DNA of 63,179 nucleotides from Candidatus Aenigmatarchaeota archaeon (GTDB lineage Archaea; Aenigmatarchaeota; Aenigmatarchaeia; CG10238-14): NCBI GenBank assembly GCA_018920365.1, contig JAHLMM010000001.1, positions 70,449 to 133,627 of the forward strand, read 5' to 3'. Shown piece by piece: positions 57,403 to 63,179 of this stretch (position 1 is its first letter; each line of letters starts with the position of its first letter). The notes under the pieces were generated by a model. It saw only the letters and a program-made list of their open reading frames with translations, ran no database searches and was not told where the DNA came from. The position numbers and the translations under genes were made by a program.

Positions 57403-58506
57403 GTGATAAAAATGCAAGTTTTCGACGAATGGGGTCCAGAAAAGATAATACAAACTTATGATCCGAAAACAAAAATGGTTGGGATTCTTGTTATCGATAA
57501 CACTGCATTAGGTCCTGGCAAAGGCGGAATAAGGATGACTCCTACTGTAACAGTTGAAGAAGTCTTCAGGCTTGCTAGGACAATGACATGGAAAAATGCT
57601 CTAGCCGAACTTCCGTTTGGTGGAGCAAAAGCTGGTATTGTTGCAGATCCAAAAAGTATGAGTGAAGAGCACAAAGTTGAAATAATAAAATCCTTTGCTA
57701 AATCATTAAAACAAGTTTGCCCAAGCATTTATGTTGCAGGACCTGATGTAAATACAAATGAGCAATCAATGAAATGGTTTGCTGAAGAAATTGGCGACAA
57801 AAAAGCTTGTACAGGTAAACCAAAAGAAATGGGTGGATTACCGCATGAATTAGGATCAACTGGTTTTGGTGTTGCACATGCCACAAAAGTAGCATTAAAG
57901 TATTTGAATAAAGATTTGAATAACACAAAAATAGCAATTGAAGGCTATGGAAATGTTGGCACATTTGCACACAAATTTTTAGAAGAATGGGGTGCAAAAA
58001 TAGTTGCTGTTAGCGATAGTAAAGGCGGTATCTATAATGAAAATGGATTAATCTATAATGAGTTAATGAAGACAAAAACCCAAACAGGTAGTGTTGTTAA
58101 TTTTGAAAAAGCAAAAAAAATTGAAAATAAAGACGTTTTTGAATTAGATGTTGATGTTTTAATTCCAGCTGCTCTACCTGACGTAATAAATGAAAGCAAC
58201 TGGAATAATGTAAAGGCGAAAATAGTTGTTGAAGCTGGAAATATTGTGATGAAAGAAGAAATTGAAGCTAAATTGCACGAAAAGGGGATAATAGTTGTGC
58301 CAGATTTTGCAGCAAACGCAGGCGGTGTCATATCATCTTGGGTTGAGTATATAGGCAAAGATGAAAACTTTATGTTTAAAACAGTTGAAGAAAAAATTAC
58401 AAAAAATGTTGATCTTGTTTTAGAAAAAAGCCATGAAGAAAATATAAAACCAAGAGATGCTGCCTTAGAAATAGCAAAACAAAGGGTAAGAAAAGCAATG
58501 AAGTAA
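57403..58506 (+). CDS. gdhA: Glutamate dehydrogenase family enzyme
   Basis: GPGKGGIR, MTWK, GGAK, GYGNVG, NAGGV. Confidence 0.88.
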   Translation: MIKMQVFDEWGPEKIIQTYDPKTKMVGILVIDNTALGPGKGGIRMTPTVTVEEVFRLARTMTWKNALAELPFGGAKAGIVADPKSMSEEHKVEIIKSFAKSLKQVCPSIYVAGPDVNTNEQSMKWFAEEIGDKKACTGKPKEMGGLPHELGSTGFGVAHATKVALKYLNKDLNNTKIAIEGYGNVGTFAHKFLEEWGAKIVAVSDSKGGIYNENGLIYNELMKTKTQTGSVVNFEKAKKIENKDVFELDVDVLIPAALPDVINESNWNNVKAKIVVEAGNIVMKEEIEAKLHEKGIIVVPDFAANAGGVISSWVEYIGKDENFMFKTVEEKITKNVDLVLEKSHEENIKPRDAALEIAKQRVRKAMK

Positions 58507-58507
58507 T

Positions 58508-59200
58508 TTGAAAAGTGGTTTTATGAAAGTAGCAATAGTAGAGTCAGGTAGAAATTTAGAAATGAAAAAAATTATTTCAAAGTATTTTAAAATAGTTAAA
58601 AATGATCCTGATTTTGTAATTTCTATAGGAGGCGATGGAACTATTTTGGCTTCTGAAAGGTTATATCCATCAATACCAAAGTTGACTATAAAAACAAGTC
58701 AGATATGCAGAAAGTGCGATTATTCACCTAACAGGCTCGAAATTATTTTGAAGATGTTGAATGATGGCAAGTATGAATTAAAAAAGGAAATGAAATTAGA
58801 AGCAAAGTTTAAAGGAAAGAGAATAATCGCATTGAATGAAATACAACTTCATAATGAAAATCCAACAGTTGCAATAAGATTTGATGTTTATGCTGATAAA
58901 ATGTATAGAAATGTCATTGGTGATGGAGTTATAGTATCAACACCTTTCGGTTCAACAGGATATTTCAAATCTATTACTGGCAAATCATTCAAAAAAGGTA
59001 TTGGCATAGCATTTAACAACAGCTATAATTTTCCAAGAAAGCCTATTATAATTGATGAAAAAAGTAAGATTAAAATTAAACTAAATAGAGAAAGTGGTTT
59101 GTTGTTAAGAGACAATGATCAAAACTTTGTAAGGGTTAAAGAGAATCAAAAAATTTATATTAAAAAGGCTAGGAAGCCTGCGTTTTTTGTAAATTTTTAA
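58508..59200 (+). CDS. NAD(+) kinase
   Basis: GGDGT, LNE, GDGVIVSTPFGSTGY. Confidence 0.9.
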   Translation: MKSGFMKVAIVESGRNLEMKKIISKYFKIVKNDPDFVISIGGDGTILASERLYPSIPKLTIKTSQICRKCDYSPNRLEIILKMLNDGKYELKKEMKLEAKFKGKRIIALNEIQLHNENPTVAIRFDVYADKMYRNVIGDGVIVSTPFGSTGYFKSITGKSFKKGIGIAFNNSYNFPRKPIIIDEKSKIKIKLNRESGLLLRDNDQNFVRVKENQKIYIKKARKPAFFVNF

Positions 59201-59208
59201 AATATATT

Positions 59209-60414
59209 TTATAACTTTAATATTTCTACACCAGGCAATTTTTTCCCTGATAAATAATTTATCATTGCACCCCCAGCTAAGCTTATATATGAATAACTTT
59301 CTTTTTTTATGCCTATTTTATCCATTGCAACAGTTGTGTCTCCTCCGCCTATAAGAGTAAATGCTTTAGACTTTGCAACTGCATTCAGAATATCTCTGGT
59401 GCCTTTCTCAAATCCTTTTTGCTCGTAAACTCCTGCTGGACCTTTTACTACAATTGTCTTTGACTGTTTGATTTTTTCTGAATATAATTTTATTGTTTCT
59501 TTGCCTATGTCAAGAATCATTTTGTCTGTTGGTAGCTCATCAACGCTTATCTCTTTTCTTTTTCCATTTTCATCAATTGCAACATCAACAGGTAAAAATA
59601 TTTTTTCATTATATTTTTTAAACACACTCTCCAACGATTCGCTTAAATCAAAAAACTTTTTCTCTTTAAGAAAATTTTCAGTTTTTTCACCCAGCTCAAA
59701 TCCTTGTGCAATTAAAAACAGCTCGCCTAATACACCACAGGACAAGGCAATATCAATCAAATTATTTTCAAGTCCATAATTCATTATTTTTATACAATCG
59801 TCTGGTTTTGCACCTCCAAGTATATAGCAGTTAGGCCTTTCTGGATTTAATGCTTTTGAAAGCGACCTTAATTCTTTTTCCATTAATCTACCTGCAATAG
59901 TTGGAAGCTTTGAACTAAAACCAACTATAGAAGCATGAGATCTGTGTGATGCTGAAAATGCGTCATTAACAAAAACTTCTGCTAAAGGAGATAAAGTTGA
60001 AACAAGTTTGCTTTTTGAATGTTCTTCTGGCGTTTTTTCAATGTCTTCATCATCCAAAAACCTAACATTTTCTAATAAAATTATATCTCCAGGTTTCAAA
60101 GACTTTATTTTTTTCACAGCGTCTTCATCAACAATACTCTGAGAAAATATAACTTTACTTCCTATTTGCTTTTCCAGCATCTTTGCATGTTCGCTTAAGC
60201 TTACAAAATCCGGGTCGCCTTTTCTGCCTTGGTGTGCTAATACAATAACTTTAGCCTTTTTATCAGACAATTCTTTAATTGTTTTTGCGGCTTCAACAAG
60301 TCTTTCAGAGATTTCTAGCTTTTTAGTCTTTTCATCATAAGGCAAATTTATATCCACTCTTACTATTGCTGTCTTATTTTCAAAATTAAAATCATCTATT
60401 GTTTTAAATTTCAT
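59209..60414 (-). CDS. pgk: Phosphoglycerate kinase
   Basis: RVDIN.P, HQGR, LLENVRF, DAF..SHR.HAS, GGGDT. Confidence 0.96.
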   Translation of the reverse strand: MKFKTIDDFNFENKTAIVRVDINLPYDEKTKKLEISERLVEAAKTIKELSDKKAKVIVLAHQGRKGDPDFVSLSEHAKMLEKQIGSKVIFSQSIVDEDAVKKIKSLKPGDIILLENVRFLDDEDIEKTPEEHSKSKLVSTLSPLAEVFVNDAFSASHRSHASIVGFSSKLPTIAGRLMEKELRSLSKALNPERPNCYILGGAKPDDCIKIMNYGLENNLIDIALSCGVLGELFLIAQGFELGEKTENFLKEKKFFDLSESLESVFKKYNEKIFLPVDVAIDENGKRKEISVDELPTDKMILDIGKETIKLYSEKIKQSKTIVVKGPAGVYEQKGFEKGTRDILNAVAKSKAFTLIGGGDTTVAMDKIGIKKESYSYISLAGGAMINYLSGKKLPGVEILKL

Positions 60415-60456
60415 AAAGGCACCGATTTATTATTTGTTTTTATTTAATAAATTATT

Positions 60457-61005
60457 ATGAAAATTTTAATCGCTGTGCTTGTATTTTTATTTATAATCAG
60501 CATAAACATTAGCATTTTGTGTTTTGAACCAATTTTCAGTATTATTAATGATAATGATGACGCAATAAATGTACTCAGATATGTAAATGGACAGAATTTT
60601 GATTTAAATTTTTTCACTGAAAATGAAATTTTACATTTGAATGACGTGAAAATTATTATAAACATTTTCAAATATTATGCAAAAATAGGTTTTGTCTTAC
60701 TACTCTTATCTATTTTTACGGAAAAAACCAAATTTGTTGTTAACTCGATAAAAATTAGTTCTATTTTAATTTTGTCTTTTAGTTTTTTTATGTTGTTATA
60801 CTCTGTGTTTTTCTTTGAAAATTTTTTTACAACCTTTCACAAAATATTCTTTCCGAAAGGAAACTGGTTGTTTGAATATAACAGCAAATTAATACAACTA
60901 TTTCCGCTAGATTTCTGGTATAAAATTGCTTTGATTTTTATTTTAATGAATATTTTTGACGGAATTATACTTTTGTATTTACATCATTCTATTGCTAAAA
61001 ATTAA
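60457..61005 (+). CDS. DUF1461-like integral membrane protein
   Basis: E..HL.DVK, F..FHKIFF..GNW.F...S.LI.LFP..F. Confidence 0.82.
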   Translation: MKILIAVLVFLFIISINISILCFEPIFSIINDNDDAINVLRYVNGQNFDLNFFTENEILHLNDVKIIINIFKYYAKIGFVLLLLSIFTEKTKFVVNSIKISSILILSFSFFMLLYSVFFFENFFTTFHKIFFPKGNWLFEYNSKLIQLFPLDFWYKIALIFILMNIFDGIILLYLHHSIAKN

Positions 61006-61523
61006 TTTCCTAATGATATTTGGCACATGTGACAAAAATCAAAATTTTTGTTATCTATGTCTCTTATACTATTTGATGGATTCATAACACAACCCTTTTC
61101 TTTGCAGTGTTGAAGGCCTAAGACATGGCCAATTTCATGAATACATTCCTTAAGCAATCTTTCTTTGAATAACTCAATGTCGCCTGGTTGTTTGTAAAAT
61201 TTTGGGTCTAATCTAGCTGTTGAAACGATTGCTGCTTTGCTTTTAGATTTTGCTAAACCAAACACATAGTTCAATCGTTGAGTGTATATATCATGACTTG
61301 TTATTGCTAGAACTTTATCATCAAAATTCTTTTCCAATTCATTCAAAATAATGTCAGCTTCATATTGATTTCTGAATTTGTTAAAGCTAGATGATGGTGC
61401 AGAGAATTCGTTGCCAATTAAAATGGGCATCTTAAATTTTGATCTTAATCCTTTTTTTACATGATCAATTAAAGAAGGTTCAATTTTGCCTATATAAACC
61501 ATTGTCAACTGCATTTTTATCAA
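61002..61523 (-). CDS. amzA: Archaemetzincin (M54) zinc protease
   Basis: HEIGHVLGLQHC....CVM..S...FC..C. Confidence 0.92.
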   Translation of the reverse strand: MIKMQLTMVYIGKIEPSLIDHVKKGLRSKFKMPILIGNEFSAPSSSFNKFRNQYEADIILNELEKNFDDKVLAITSHDIYTQRLNYVFGLAKSKSKAAIVSTARLDPKFYKQPGDIELFKERLLKECIHEIGHVLGLQHCKEKGCVMNPSNSIRDIDNKNFDFCHMCQISLGN

Positions 61524-61554
61524 TTATTATTTGTTCAAATAAAAATAAATTTGA

Positions 61555-62298
61555 TTATTTTTTTCTATTAAAAGACAACACTCCTATAAATGCAGCTAAT
61601 ATACAAAACAAAATTACTATTAAAACATCCAAAACTGGGTTCATGAAAGATTTGTCTATTATAGCATATCTCATTAAATCAACACCATATGAAAGAGGAT
61701 TCAAATGAGTTATTATTTTCAGCCATTCTGGCACTTGAGTAACAGGATAAAAAATACCGCTAAGAAAGTTCAATGGAAATACAATAAAATTCATAATAAC
61801 GCCAAAACTTTCAAAAGTTTCTACATAAGATGATATTATCAAGCCGAGACTGACCATACTAAATGATATTAAAATCATTATTGGTATGATTTTCAGAAAT
61901 ATTATAGGAGGCAAATTTAAACCTATAATGAAGGATAAGCTAGCTATTATTATACCTTGTATTAAAGCGATCGTGCATCCGCCAAACGCTTTACCCAAAA
62001 ATATTGATAGCCTTGATATTGGGGAAACTTCAATTTCTTTGAAAAATCCAAACTCTCTATCCCAAATAACAGATATTCCTGCTGTTAATGAAATGCCAAC
62101 TAAAGACATTGCAACTATTCCTGGAAAAAGAAATTTTTGGTAATTCAAATCTCCTATTTTAACAAAACTAAATCCGCTTCCTAAAATTAACAAAAACAAA
62201 ATAGGTTGAAATATTGATCCTGCTAGTCTATACTTGTCTCTAAAATATCTTATTATTTCTCTTTTCCAAATTTGATATATAGCATCTATTTCACTCAT
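61555..62298 (-). CDS. ABC-2 type transporter permease
   Basis: DREFGF.KE..VSP, LSG.FYP, NPLSYGVD. Confidence 0.92.
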   Translation of the reverse strand: MSEIDAIYQIWKREIIRYFRDKYRLAGSIFQPILFLLILGSGFSFVKIGDLNYQKFLFPGIVAMSLVGISLTAGISVIWDREFGFFKEIEVSPISRLSIFLGKAFGGCTIALIQGIIIASLSFIIGLNLPPIIFLKIIPIMILISFSMVSLGLIISSYVETFESFGVIMNFIVFPLNFLSGIFYPVTQVPEWLKIITHLNPLSYGVDLMRYAIIDKSFMNPVLDVLIVILFCILAAFIGVLSFNRKK

Positions 62299-63179
62299 AG
62301 TCTTTTCGCCAAAAATCTTTTATTAATATTACCATTTGATGTTTCATCTCTGAACTCTTTTCCTGTATAATGAATGAAGACATCACCCAATGTAGGTTTT
62401 CTTATGCTTAATGACTTGACATTTTTAACTGTTTGCAATATTTTTACAACATTTTTTTCTGCATTCTCAACGCTTATGTATGTTTTGCCATCAATCAATT
62501 GAACTGATTTGACATTTTGTATTGATTTTATCTTTGAAAGTATATCATGACTTGCATTTGTCTCAATAATTATAGTATCTCCTTTTAGTTTGTCTTTTAG
62601 TTTACTTGGTTTATCCAAAACTTTGATTTCACCATTGTCTATTATAGCAACTCTGTCGCAAAGTTCATCAGCCTCTTCCATGTAATGTGTTGTAATTATA
62701 ACAGTTATATTCTCTCTATCTGCAAGATTTTTTATATAATCCCATATATGTTCTCTTGTCTGAGGGTCTAAACCTAATGTTGGCTCGTCTAAAAATAATA
62801 TTTTCGGATAATGTATCAAACCTCTGGCTATCTCTAATCTTCTTTTCATGCCGCCAGAATAGTTTTTTATTAAAATATTTGCTTTATCTTTTAGACTCAC
62901 AAGTTCTAAAACTTCGTTTATTCTTTTTTTCCTTTCGTTTTTAGGAACATCATATAAACCAGCATGCAAATAAAGATTTTCTAATGCTGTTAATCTATTA
63001 TCTAAGCTTGGGTCTTGAAAAACTACACCTATCGACTTTCTCACTTTATCTCTTTCTTTTATTATGTCAAAACCGTTTACTGTGGCTGTACCTTCAGTTG
63101 GTTGCAAAAGTGTACAAAGCATTGAAATCAAAGTTGTCTTTCCAGCACCATTAGGTCCAAGCAATCCGAATACTTCTCC
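62295..63179 (-). CDS. ABC transporter ATP-binding protein (DrrA-like; 5' end outside window)
   Basis: GPNGAGKTT, YSGGMKRRLE, LDEPT. Confidence 0.93.
   Translation of the reverse strand, partial: GEVFGLLGPNGAGKTTLISMLCTLLQPTEGTATVNGFDIIKERDKVRKSIGVVFQDPSLDNRLTALENLYLHAGLYDVPKNERKKRINEVLELVSLKDKANILIKNYSGGMKRRLEIARGLIHYPKILFLDEPTLGLDPQTREHIWDYIKNLADRENITVIITTHYMEEADELCDRVAIIDNGEIKVLDKPSKLKDKLKGDTIIIETNASHDILSKIKSIQNVKSVQLIDGKTYISVENAEKNVVKILQTVKNVKSLSIRKPTLGDVFIHYTGKEFRDETSNGNINKRFLAKRL

Noticed and set aside
1-63179. Integrated mobile element at a tRNA; many 60-130 aa antisense ORFs in the track
   Set aside because: No integrase, transposase or duplicated tRNA 3' end (att) seen. The short ORFs lie opposite well-supported genes and lack motifs.

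Overview
AT-rich, gene-dense archaeal chromosome segment. Markers include rpo11, spt5, rpl11, rpl14e, cbf5, ftsZ, secE/secG, hel308, nurA, taw1, an archaeal RNase P RNA and intron-containing tRNAs. The compact organisation and gene content suggest a DPANN-type archaeon (inference). The window holds about 80 CDSs, several missing from the supplied ORF track, plus five tRNAs (Thr-CGT, Ala-CGC, Ile-GAT, Ser-TGA, Pro-CGG) and a short RNase P RNA. I found no CRISPR array, rRNA or mobile element. Most notable: (1) the 65-nt tRNA-Ser(UGA) intron has box C/D guide-RNA architecture, with one guide complementary to the canonical anti-Shine-Dalgarno 3' end of 16S rRNA; (2) an HTH-SOD-zinc finger operon ends in an unannotated 15-aa peptide, MDGKKKGCGCGCGCC; (3) an ORFan carries R-S-E motif spacing like cholera-toxin-class ADP-ribosyltransferases, next to a second ORFan; (4) a pilin-like operon carries a beta-propeller and a zincin domain, beside a Cys/Thr-rich surface protein; (5) a HypC-like gene pair has no hydrogenase in the window; (6) tRNA-Thr has a 12-nt non-canonical D-arm intron. 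All calls come from reading motifs by eye; no searches were run.
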